A DNA stretch of 62,650 nucleotides, counting the filler, from Choristocarpus tenellus KU-1152 (lineage: Eukaryota; Protista; Phaeophyceae): the NCBI GenBank assembly GCA_964200185.2. It is 12 parts of 12 records of this genome, joined end to end, with 100 filler letters (N's around TTAATTAATTAA, not from the genome) between each part and the next. Parts side by side here need not be neighbours in the genome. Positions count along the whole stretch, not along the records: positions 36,344 to 43,872 come from CAXNAD020006013.1; positions 43,973 to 49,642 come from CAXNAD020010070.1; positions 49,743 to 54,348 come from CAXNAD020013816.1; 9 more parts are not named here. One strand, written 5' to 3'. The position numbers were made by a program, and so were the translations under genes. The notes under the pieces are model-generated. The model ran no database searches. It was not told the origin of the DNA and was given only the letters and a program-made list of their open reading frames with translations. Positions 41,224 through 51,954 of this stretch are shown here, in pieces; position 1 is the stretch's first letter, and every line of letters starts with the position of its first letter.

Positions 41224-42568
41224 CTATCTATATGAATATAATTTTTTTTATATTAGATCCGAAAAATTGTGGTTGATTCATAGTTCTGGATCTTTCTCTG
41301 TGTCTGTGTCTGTGTCTGATAGTACTTTCTTTTTTGTGGCAATTGATGAACAGGAAGCGGGTTTTGTATTGCTGGGGAGGCATTGCGTGTGTTTTGTCTG
41401 TTGTAGGGTCTCGGTTTATGTGTGTGTAGTATGTTGGGGTGATTTCATATGCAGTTACATTTTTTATTTTTATTTTTGGTGAAAAAAAAATCAAGAAAAA
41501 AAGGGTATGTGTATATTATTATTATTATTGTTTTATTTTTGTTGACGTAGGAGTGGTACATGTTTGTTTTTATTTTATTGTATATTGTGTTAATGTTGAT
41601 ATTGGTGTACATACAGTATGGATGGTGTTTGGGTACAATATATATTTTTAGTGTTAATGACAAAGTGCATAAAGTTCATTTGTTTTTGTAACTGTAATAT
41701 ATAGAAAAAATAGTTTACTACTGTTGTACTCTGATAGTAACAATAATATGTTAAAGTTTGGAGTGTGTTTTTTATTGTTTGGAATGTAACTGTCACCTCT
41801 TTTTGTAACTGTAATATTGAAAAACGTGTACTACGTTTTTATCACTCTGATAATGATCACAATAATTGCAATAATAATTAAAATACAATTTTTTTATCCC
41901 CTCCTTGTCGAGATTAGGGTTAGGGTTAATGGTACTGTCAACTTAGGGTCAGGGTTATGGTTAATGGTCTGTCCATTTAGGGTTAGGGTTAGGGTTAATG
42001 GTACTGTCACCTTAGGGTTAGGGTTAGGAATGGTCTATGTGAAAGACTTCATGCGCTTTGTAGTGACCTTGCCATCTATCTGTACATGTGCCTGTGATGC
42101 ATACGCCTTCCAATACTACGATACATAAGCCTTCCAATGTTGTGGTACATATATACACCTGCCAATGCTGTGATACATACGCCTTCCAATGTTGCGGTAC
42201 ATACATACATCCGCCAATGCTGTGATACATCCGCCTTCCAATGTTGTGGTACATACATACACCTTCCAACGTTGTTGTACATACATACGCCTTCCAATGT
42301 TGTTGTACATACATACATCCGCCAATGCTGTGATACATATGCCTTCCAATGTTGTGGTACATACATACGCCTGCCAATGCTGTGATACATACGCCTTCCA
42401 ACGTTGTTGTACATACATACATCCGCCAATGCTGCGATACATGCGCCTTCCAATGTTGTGAAGTGATCATGGATGACAAGTTCTCTTCCATTGTGAAGGC
42501 TGTGCTGTGGGGTAGGTCTGTGTTTGATAACATACGGAAGTTTCTTCAGTTCCAGTTAACTGTCAACG
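36751..42568 (+). CDS. P-type Ca2+-ATPase, P2B (PMCA/ACA type), partial, 4 exons
   Basis: Exons 36751-36864 (AIALECGIY...AMEGPKFR...LPRLQ), 38616-38771 ([17 protein letters not shown]), 40890-41034 ([38 protein letters not shown]), 42464-42568 ([34 protein letters not shown]); hallmark P2B motifs and consistent phases. Confidence 0.96.
37621..37842. mobile_element. Complete intronic MITE, subfamily A
   Basis: Perfect 12-bp TIR GGCTCAAAGTAT / ATACTTTGAGCC; flanks TGG / AGG; interior homologous to 1-154. Confidence 0.85.
38258..38613. repeat. (TGAAH)n pentamer satellite running up to a PMCA splice acceptor
   Basis: TGAAT/TGAAC/TGAAA units, most regular at 38470-38613. Confidence 0.9.
38865..39333. 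repeat. AT-rich about 16-bp tandem array (TAGTA(T/C)TGTATATA)n
   Basis: Seen directly in a PMCA intron. Confidence 0.95.
40376..40807. repeat. 70-bp tandem array in a PMCA intron
   Basis: Near-identical units start at 40581, 40651, 40721 and a partial at 40791; three diverged units lie upstream. Confidence 0.95.
42098..42460. repeat. Composite two-subunit minisatellite abutting a PMCA splice acceptor
   Basis: GCCTTCCAATGTTGTGGTACATACATAC and GCCAATGCTGTGATACATAC subunits in irregular order. Confidence 0.95.
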
Positions 42569-42599
42569 GTGAGAGACATACGCCTCTTTGGTGTGGTAT

Positions 42600-42870
42600 A
42601 GGGTTAGGGTTAGGGTAGTCACTGTTGAGAGGTTGGGGATATGGTTAGGGTTATTATAGGATTAGGGTAGTGACTGTTGAGAGGTTGGGGATAGGGTTAG
42701 GTTTATTATAGCATTAGGGTAGTCACTGTTGGGAGGTTGGAGATAGGGTTAGTATAGGATTAGGGTAGTCACTGTTGAGAGGTTGGGGATAGGGTTAGGG
42801 TTAGTATAGGGTTAGGGTAGTCACTGTTGAGTAGACACAAGAAATGGTGGTTAGGGTTAGGGTAAGGGTT
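42600..42870. repeat. About 50-bp minisatellite made of TTAGGG-derived units plus GTAGTCACTGTTGAG
   Basis: Five copies of GTAGT(C/G)ACTGTTG embedded in degenerate TTAGGG. Confidence 0.9.
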
Positions 42871-45789
42871 CTAGTGGAAGGGAAAGTTTGAAGAGACAAG
42901 AAGGGTGTTGAATTGGTAGTGAAGGTATGGCTGGTGTGTTTGAATGTATGTATGGTAGTGTATGCTTTTTTTCAATTGATGCTGTTAATAATAATAAATA
43001 ATACTGTAATAATAATTATGTTAGTATTGAATAGTAATGGTATTGTCATAATAATAGAATGATATTGTAATAATGATATGGTATGATATTGGTGTGTAGT
43101 ATGACTGTTGTGGAAGGGTGAAATAAAAAATAATCAAACATTTTTGGTGTTTTGAGGTTCAAACATCTATGGTATGAAACATTTCCTAACCCTAACCCTT
43201 TGTAAAAATAAAATAAAAGTGTAAGGTATTGATGGTGTGATTTAAACACAATAGGAACAGTTACTTGGTCTATTATTGGTTCAGTTCTTCACTAATGTAT
43301 GGTATTGATTCACAGTATGCACAATCATAATTTTTGAAAAGAGTTTAAGATTTTTCTGTTCTAGTATTTGGTCATAAAGGCGCCATATCACATCCCTGCC
43401 CCTGCCCTCCCCCCCTCTCGCTATATTTTTTTGTGATTGCTAAGTGTGTCTGATGCTAATCCCTGCGCCCTCCACCCTCTTACGTCATTTTATTTTTGGT
43501 TGAGGGAATTAAAAAAAATACAATATTTCTGCAATCATTTTCATTTTCATTTTATTTATTCTTATTATTAGTAGTATTTTTATTTTATAATATTCCTTTT
43601 ATTTAGTCTTATTTTTTATGGAATGTACTAACACTCTTTAAGAAAAAATCACTTCCACGTACATCTTTTTTTAATGTTTGTGAAGGTGGTTTCTCTTCTA
43701 TCTGCGAATTATATAATAATTTATCTTTTTTTAATATTTTAAAAATGAGTACATTATTTCGAATTATATGATGCAGTGTATCAACAATCTTTTTGTTTTT
43801 TTCTTATTCTGCCCCCCCCCCCACCCGCCCACTACCCCCTCGCCCCCGCACCCAGCTAACTTCCTATCCTCCNNNNNNNNNNNNNNNNNNNNNNNNNNNN
43901 NNNNNNNNNNNNNNNNTTAATTAATTAANNNNNNNNNNNNNNNNNNNNNNNNNNNNNNNNNNNNNNNNNNNNGCCCAACCACCCCCCCACACCCACACAC
44001 ATTAGTTGTACACACACAACCCCCCCCCCCCCCCCCGTCCCAAAATGTTTGTCAGGGAATGAAATATGTTGCGTAATTGGTTGGCAGGACAGTATGACAG
44101 AAATTAAGTTCGCTAGACCTACAGCCCAACCAATGGTTTTTCAGCGGCCAAAAAGCACCTATCTCCCTTTGGTTGACGGATCCACACACTTAAATCCCTC
44201 ACTAAATTGATCCATAAGAAGCACATGGAAAAACACTCACCGAAGTCTAACCAACTTGTGCCTTGGAACAGAGATGAGAATCCCATCCCCCTACTACCAA
44301 CTACTCGATTCACGGCTGTTGATAATGAGGAAGCCCCCTCAGAAGATGAAGCTACACCCATCAGTCCCGACATTCCTGCAGGCCCAAAACCTGACTCAGA
44401 CCCAGCCCCCAACCCCCAACCCGAGCCCAGCCCAGTGAATGGAGTGAAGTTGTATGCATGGGTTAAGCTATCAGCATCTGGGTTCTCCAAACCAGTACAC
44501 CTTCCAGCAGCACAAGTGTGCATCCGCTGCCGCTGCTTATGCTTTGGGTTGCGCTTGCTGTAGAGCAGAGCGTCAGCGAATACAAAAGGGAGAGGAGCAA
44601 GAGATACATGAAGAACTGAAAAGGTTCCTCCTACGTTATATGCCCTACTCATCAGGATCGGGGCCAGTGACGATGTTGAAGGGGGTAGATGTCAGAGAAT
44701 AGTGAAGGAACAGGGTGCGATATGACAGTAGGGGTGGGACGATGATAGTCCTAACAGCAGTGTGGAAATTGCAGTGAGGATGGAGGCTTAACCAATATAA
44801 AGAGCAGATATGGGGGGATAGCATTAACAAAGGGATAAGTGCAAGGTGACTGAGTTGTAGCGACTAGTGATGTGTTCAACGTTTCTACTCTGTGTTAGAA
44901 AACACCGCAATCAACCCAAAGCACAATTTCACACGCTGTGACACATATTATAGGGTTATTATAGGGTATGCGTGGTGTGCAACGATGATGATTAGATATC
45001 AATAGCAACAACAGAAGTCAGACAACCTCCACCACCTTTCACAGCAGGTGGAAAAAGAAGTGTCGAGAGCAATATCGACACCAACATCCTTCAAGTACTC
45101 TCAACCGATGTACGCTCAGGGAAACTTAACGAGAACACTCCCAAGGATAAAAGTAGATTCAACTCCGTTCACTCCACCCCCAACTTACCAATACACATAA
45201 ACCCTACCCTTCTTCTTCACCACAAAGCAGTGGGCGCACATGCGCCGCACCGCGCTGCGCACCTGACAGTTTAGTGGGCCATTGTGTGATTAGGGGAGGG
45301 GAGGGACGATGGGGGGTGCAGAGGCAAAGTAGTTGGTACATTAAGGCGGTGAGGATTGGCTCAGATGAGAGATCACTAAGTAACGCGGTGCCACCAGTGT
45401 AAGAAAGTAGCTGTTGCAAATCTCTTGCATATTTGCAAGAAGCAAAGGTGGTAAGGAGGTTTCGAGTCCCCCTCGTCCACACTCACTACACCAAAACAAG
45501 TGTGGGGAAACACTCTCCACCTACGCAACGAGAAGAGTTTGGTACGAAAGTAATGCCAAGAGTATTGCTCTATCGAACAAGTAATTCAATCACCCTCCAA
45601 ACGTATTGCCTCCAGCCCACTGCACCTAAGCACGAGAACCTATCTTGGATGTGTGTCGGGCTAAGGTGGAGAAGAGGGCAAAACTCGAAAGAAGCTCGTT
45701 TACATTCCAACCCGCTCAATCGTCTCCAATCAAACCTCCCATGTTTTCCTCAAGAAATGGACTACTACTCTGCTGCCTAAGCTCACCTT

Positions 45790-47757
45790 CATAACGAGAC
45801 GTGGTTGATAGACTCCAAAACAACTACACGTCTAGTAGTGTAGTGTGGTGCAAGCAACCATATTATTTCTTGTGGAGGTACAATATTAAAAATAGTAGTG
45901 ATTTGAAAGGTCATGTTTGTATGCAAGGGGGTGGCGTTCACACTTTAGGTTTTAATCATTATCCAATTTCAAAACAGATCACTCATAAATATGGAATGGT
46001 TTTGGGTAATAATGGAGGAATCGTTCGTACAACAGACCGACCACCCATGACGTAAAATATCTTGATAAACCTATGATTAAGGTCCATACTGACAAAAAAA
46101 GGCTGTTCCACTTTGTTGCAGGATTTGCACCAACAGAAGAGGCCTTAGAAGAAGTCTAGGATGCCTTCTGAGAGAAGTCTGACCTTGTGGTGGAGCAGGC
46201 TCCCCCCAAGGATATTATCTTTATTCTGGTGGACGCGAACGACCACTCTGGAAATAAAGATGAGGGAAGGGTTGGTCACGATAGCAGGGTTGGGGGATAC
46301 GGACAAAAGATGTGTTGCATAGTAACAATGGTAAGCGCCTGTTGATGATGTTTGTAGCGATGAATAGACTTGCACTTGCCAGCGCATCTTTTAGTGAACT
46401 CAAGGGAGATGATTCCCATACGTAGTTGGGCCGTCAAAGGGACATTGAGCATCTTTGTCTTGATCATGTCCTTGTATGTCCGGTTGATCACTGTCTCGTA
46501 CACTCTGCTTTGGTAAGGCGTCGGATCACTGTACCGTATCGATATCGATACATCTCCTTGATTGCTCTGATCCCACTTGCAAGATGGGGTTGATGGGAAG
46601 GGATGAACTTTTATCTGTCGAGCCCTGATGTCTAGTCCCCCCTTAAGATCTGAACTAGCGAGTGTGCCTAGTGAGAAGATTCTCACAGTAGAAGAAGCAG
46701 GGCCAACTAAAGATAGAGCTGATGTTCCTGCCAATGTCAACAACATGGCATCTTCATACACAACCCAATGTTGGACCCTGCTTCAGAAGTCCTTCCGCCC
46801 CCTTGACAACGGGTGCTGTCAGGTAGTGTGCAAGTGACAAAGCTCAAACAAACGCCCTGAAAACCTTGGAGGAACAGGCAAGGGCGGGGAAAAAACTGCA
46901 CACAGACCCCCCAAGTCCCACTTTCAAGAAGGCATTGCAGAACACTGGCAAGCATCTCAAGCGGGTGAGGGTGTGTCTGCCTTGCAGGAGTTTCTTGACA
47001 CCTACACCAGGAAGATGGAAAATCTTATGCCACCATGGGGAACATCCACCCTTCTATCATCAAGCGATTGGGTTCAATGTCCGAGAGAATCAGAGTACCT
47101 CTCAGCATATTATCCACAACAAATTTGCCCAGTAACTAAGGAAGCGAACACCCATCAAGGGACATTGGAGGAGATACTTGACAGTGCTACTTAGCACCAA
47201 GTGAGTCGATCTCAACCGTCATAGTACTGAAGACCTCAATCATTGACCCACATCCATGACCCTTGCAAATGCGCCAACGATAATAGACGTAGCTGAAGAA
47301 GCACTCCCATGCCACAATTCGAAGGCCATGGATCTCAACAATCTTCCAACTGAGTATTGGAACTTGGCCTGCAGGAGGACATGTCTGTCCTCCAGGGTTT
47401 CCATTATATTGTGTTGGCTGCGTGGGACCAAGAAGCTGTGCCACAGGCCTGGAAGGATGCGGTCATCACTGCTCTCTACAAAAAAAGAAGGACTGCACTG
47501 ATTAGCTGCAGACCATCTTATTGATGGCAAATGCTGGCTAAGTCCTTCCAAAGGCAGGAACAGGATAATGTACTTTAAGAAGAAGAGTGTGGTTTCTAAC
47601 ATTGATTCTCCACATTAGACAGGATGTACACTGCATATGTCCTTCAAGAGCTTGGCTGGTAAAAGCATGTACCCCTAACCATGTGTTTTATCGATCTGCA
47701 GGAAGAATACAACTCTGTTGATCATAATACCCTGTGGGTTGTGTTGGCCAAATGAAG
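45790..47757 (+). mobile_element. Decayed RTE-like LINE (APE endonuclease plus start of RT)
   Basis: HFVAGFAPTEEALEEV*DAF*EKSD...IFILVDANDHSG (46109-46250), NNGKRLL...NRLALASASFS, PQAWKDAVITALYKK (47441-47485), CFIDLQEEYNSVDHNTLWVVLAK (47684-47752); many stops and frameshifts. Confidence 0.88.
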
Positions 47758-47764
47758 TGTTATG

Positions 47765-48180
47765 AATCTCTGTCGTAGATGGGATTTGACTGTCCCTTTC
47801 CTGCTATAGCCTCCTGCCCCTCTCCCCCCGACCACGTGTGTAGCCAACTCATCCAGAAAAGTTTCCACTGGCTTACCGAGGCACCCAATACTATCCACTG
47901 CGAAAGTGTTGAGGTTATAACTATGAGGGTCAAAAGAGCCCCCATAGTGGGTGTGCTTTTGTGGCTCCGCTGCCGCGGCAGCTACACCATTGCTGTTGCA
48001 TGAGTGTGATAGGTGAGATGCTGCCTGCACTTCAGCGAACGTAATACCTAGAAGGAGGGCTTTATCCTGGTAGGGAGCTGATGTAGCATCCGCAAGTGCA
48101 CCAGCATGGAAGACCAGATCCATCCGGAAATTCCGGTCCACTGTGAATGGGCTACCGTCCTCCATAATGCAGGGGATGCC
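47765..48180 (-). mobile_element. 3' fragment of CRE-like non-LTR retrotransposon (RLE domain), copy 1
   Basis: RMDLVF...ALLLGIT...GVAAAAAEPQKHTHY...FAVDSIGCLG follows the R-x-D / D-x-T / E-x-x-K-x-x-x-Y / A-V-E-x-x-G layout of RLE endonucleases. Confidence 0.75.
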
Positions 48181-48699
48181 TGTTCCTTTGCAGAATTAAT
48201 ATTTCTTTACTCTAGTAGTAGCTGAATCTTTGATCTTCAACTGTTGCCCTTGTACTATTATTCAACTATTGAAAAAAAACTGTAACTGTACAAGGGACAC
48301 GTGCTGTCATCAGTGTTCACCAAGTGAAAAATATCCCAACTCTGACCGTGACGTTGAAAACAAGTTGCAACTGCATCATTTAGTCAAAACTACAACCATA
48401 TAACCGTATTTGTCAAAAGCAGAACTCCAGCGGTTTGCGCAAAAAGAGATTCACTATTGGAAAGGTTTATCTATCTCCCCGTTTTCTGTGCACATAGTGT
48501 TTTTCATTACCAAATCTAATGAAAGTTCTCATTTCTAGTTGGAAACTATATTGAAAAGCATTATGGCCTCGGTAAGACCCTCGGGGCAGCACTAAAAGGC
48601 TTGATGATCTCATAGAGGAATTATCCAATCGAAACCACCAATTCGCATTTGTTTTAGCCAACCAAAATGCTACAAAAAGCTGCCTTGTACAGGGACAAG

Positions 48700-49150
48700 A
48701 GTCACAATGGTTTGGGTATGATGGGAGATGCGGGTTATGTTTGCTTGCATGTCACACCCTTTTGCTGGCTCAGCCGAAACCCCGATCGTTAGGCCGGAAC
48801 TAGGACTACCATGCCAGAACAGGATATCCATGCACGATGAGGTATCATGCCAAACTTCACTGCCACACCAAGAGATTGGTCAACAGTGTACCGGCAACCC
48901 TCGCACCGACGCTTCAACCTGTTTTAACCCAGAACTCCTCGCCCACTGTCTGTGTTGCCGTAAACAAACAACCTCCTTCGGTTCCTGCGAAATACGGACC
49001 TCGTTAATTCCAAAAAGCAATGCATCAAAATCCATTCGACCAGTCACATCCGTTCCCCAGCCTGTGCTTCGATCCCCACTTACTTTAGTCACAGGCAGGG
49101 CGAGCGATAGAAGTCGACATCGTTCGGGCAAAGACCTACCTCCATCGCTC
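48700..49150 (+). mobile_element. Copy 2 of the CCCH gag-like dispersed repeat (truncated before the finger)
   Basis: About 450 bp homologous to the reverse complement of about 27130-27570 (e.g. SHPFAxSAETxIVRxELGLPCQNR and PQPVLRS in both). Confidence 0.8.
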
Positions 49151-49519
49151 AATCTACTGAGGAATGTCCAGGGAAGGGTCGAAATAGATGGAAGCTAACA
49201 CAGACTACGGCAGACTGCTCTTTCGTCGCAACAGACCCCACTAACTTTGTTGTTGGAGATGGTTTTAATTTGCCCGTCATCTTCGGGTGGCGTTTCTTAA
49301 TTTTTCATTTATTCTTTTTGACAGTGAATTTCATTTTGCACAATCTAATTTTTTTAGTGGATTTTCTCTTTGCTGTTACACAAATTTGGATAATATATTT
49401 ATGTCGTTTTTAGCCCTAAAGAAATAAAATATCCAAAACATAAGAACACTATAAAACATGGTAAGTGTGGAAACCACTAATCAGTTACTTCACCACTATC
49501 AACCTTAGCTTCCCATCTA

Positions 49520-49642
49520 CCTACTCCTGTGCCCCGAGGGGGGGAGTTAAGGAAGCATCCCAAGAATCCAACAGACCCCTCTGTGCCCATCTCCCTGGTG
49601 ACTCTAGCTTAAAATGCATGACTCGTCGAGACAATGCCACTT
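49520..49642 (-). mobile_element. Extreme 3' end of the CRE-like element, copy 3
   Basis: ATCCCAAGAATC...CCCT(C/T)TGTG...AGCTT(A/G)AAATG homologous to 23990-24055. Confidence 0.65.
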
Positions 49643-49805
49643 NNNNNNNNNNNNNNNNNNNNNNNNNNNNNNNNNNNNNNNNNNNNTTAATTAATTAANN
49701 NNNNNNNNNNNNNNNNNNNNNNNNNNNNNNNNNNNNNNNNNNATATCCCATTAACCTCCTATGCTGACAATAGCACTGCCTCCCTCAACACCACTAAATC
49801 CCTAC

Positions 49806-51513
49806 CTGCGTCAGCACTGGAAGCCAACCATGTGCGCAATCGTTCATGAGGTTCACTGTTGGCCCAGGAACGCCTTCGCTCATTGGTGCATCCACACACG
49901 CTTCCAGGGTTACGTCCACAACAGCAGAATAAGGGAGAGAGGGAAGCACACTTCCATTTTGGAAGGAGGTGTGCAGAGCCACGCTCCCATAGAGGTCATC
50001 TAGGTCTGTGAATGTGGCATTAAAGACGGCCATGTATGATGAGACCTGTGGCGAGTATTCTGTACACCCTATTGCAGACGGAGCAGGGGCAGAGCTGGAC
50101 GACATGGCAGCAGCATCATTCCAGGGGCATGCATGCCCCCCATTGGGCACCACTGCTGTGGATGTACCCACAAGGTTGGAGCGGATGATGAGACCGCAAC
50201 CCCCAGCGAACACAAGATAAGTAAGCACAAGGAGGGACACGACCAGGCTAGCAGGCATGACCTCCATGAGTATCTTCGGCTCAGCATGTGTAGTCAGCTG
50301 CAAGTTTCGTGGGTCAAGTTGTTCCTCAATGGCTGTGGATGTGTGTGGCATAGAGTACATATGGTAGAGGAGTGAGGCAGGATGAAGAGTGGCAGATGAA
50401 GGAACAAAAAGGAGAGATGGGATGCCTGTTGTGTATCTCATGTCAGAATATATCTGGATATGACTGAGGTTCCACACCTATCAAAGAAACATCTGATGCA
50501 GTCCAACACATTCTCCGATTTGCAATTGCTTGCAAGGCGCAAAATAAAGCCAGTTGAGGTATAAGGAGAAACAATAAGCTACCAATGGAACGTGCAGGCA
50601 ATGCAATCTGTGAGCGACCCTTTTTCACGAAGCAAGGACTCCAGGAACATGTTGGCGTGAGGGGTACAACTGAGAGATAGGGTGGATACGAGATTTCATA
50701 GTCACTTGCGGCATACTTCGTCATTCTCAGGTGTTGTTCCTGATCACTCCCTTCTTATTCACCATTTCTAATGTACTTTGGGCCAGCAAGATTCCCCAGG
50801 AAGCGCGTGAAGCTGTTGGCCCTTGCACGTAGTCCCCTACCCTGCTCTCCACTTTCCGTGTGTCCATTTGGTGGCCCACCCTCGCCCAAGGTTGCATCAA
50901 TCGGAGCCATCCCACCTACGTCAGACCACTGGGGCGAAGCCGGGGTAGCCTCATTCTTTGAGCCTTCTCGCTGAGTAGTGGCCATAGTCTGTTCCTGAGC
51001 ACTTTGCAATATGCCCATCCTGGGAGCGGAGAGCCTTCCTCTTGCTGCACGCATTTCCGTCTGTGGCGTCAATCCATCAATGCCTGTCACACCTCCAACT
51101 CCAACGGGTGTGCACATTTGGTGCCCTAATCCTGGGCTATGGTACGAAACTCTGTTACCCGTGATTGACACTGGGAGGATATTGTCAAAATCGTTGAGGC
51201 CAGCTCTCTCGGATGGAAGCAACTCGGGTAGTTGGTCCGAATCCTTCCCGTCTTCGCACCAAGGTTTATCCCACCGCTTCTTTCCATCCGTGCCCGCTTC
51301 CGACCGCGCCTGAGGGTCCAGCTGGATTGAAGGCAGTCCTGCTGCATGCAGGGGTTGAAGAGATCTACCTACAACATTACCCTCAGGCATCGAACATTCA
51401 ATGTTCATCAAGGCATGAGGTTCTGCGTTGGAAGCACCCGTAGCTTCAACATCCTCCTGTTCCTCCCGAAAACTTTCCTTGGGTTCGACTGGTAAGCTTA
51501 CCTGTGTGCCCAT
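49806..51513 (-). CDS. Unknown membrane protein, 5' part, 3 exons
   Basis: ATG at 51513; exons 51513-50763 (disordered), 50669-50478 (hydrophobic SIGSLLFLLIPQLALFCALQAIA), 50155-49806 (Cys-containing, with NAT and NGS sequons); GT-AG, phases 1,1 consistent. Confidence 0.65.
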
Positions 51514-51954
51514 TGGTGAGGGCACTCCACACTGCTGTGTCGTTTGGTTGAGGGATTATGGCGAGACAGAACGATCATTCCACATCCTTGTAAATTGATA
51601 CCTTTCTACTACTGTTTATTATTGTAAGTACTTTGTCATTTGTAAGAGGGGTGATTATCAATTATTATCGTTTCTATTCCCTGCCTTCATATGTCAGAAT
51701 GTTTATATAAGAGTAGTTGTATGTGTTTATTGAAAAACAGATGTTCAACTCGAAATATTCATCGTTTTGGGGAAACCCGTTAACGGTTATCCACAAGTTG
51801 AGGAATGATACGTCTGCGGCGTATATTATTGAGGTCCAATTCTTCCTCGTGGAGTTTCAATCAAGTTTGATTGGTTTATCAAAGTATTCCTCCAGTCCAA
51901 ATGTCTTGAAAGTCTCCCAGTTGAACGAGTCAGGTGACAGTGAACCCTTCAGTG
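51514..51954. promoter_or_regulatory. Candidate bidirectional promoter
   Basis: 441-bp AT-rich, TE-free interval between two divergent ATGs. Confidence 0.55.

Noticed and set aside
42024-42533. Overlapping repeat-rich ORFs in nearly all frames ([15 protein letters not shown])
   Set aside because: By-product of a stop-poor minisatellite inside a PMCA intron.
44119-45480. Pro-rich ORF and fragments resembling an RTE LINE C-terminus; similar hint at 21410-21600
   Set aside because: Low complexity and frameshifted; no motif strong enough to assign.
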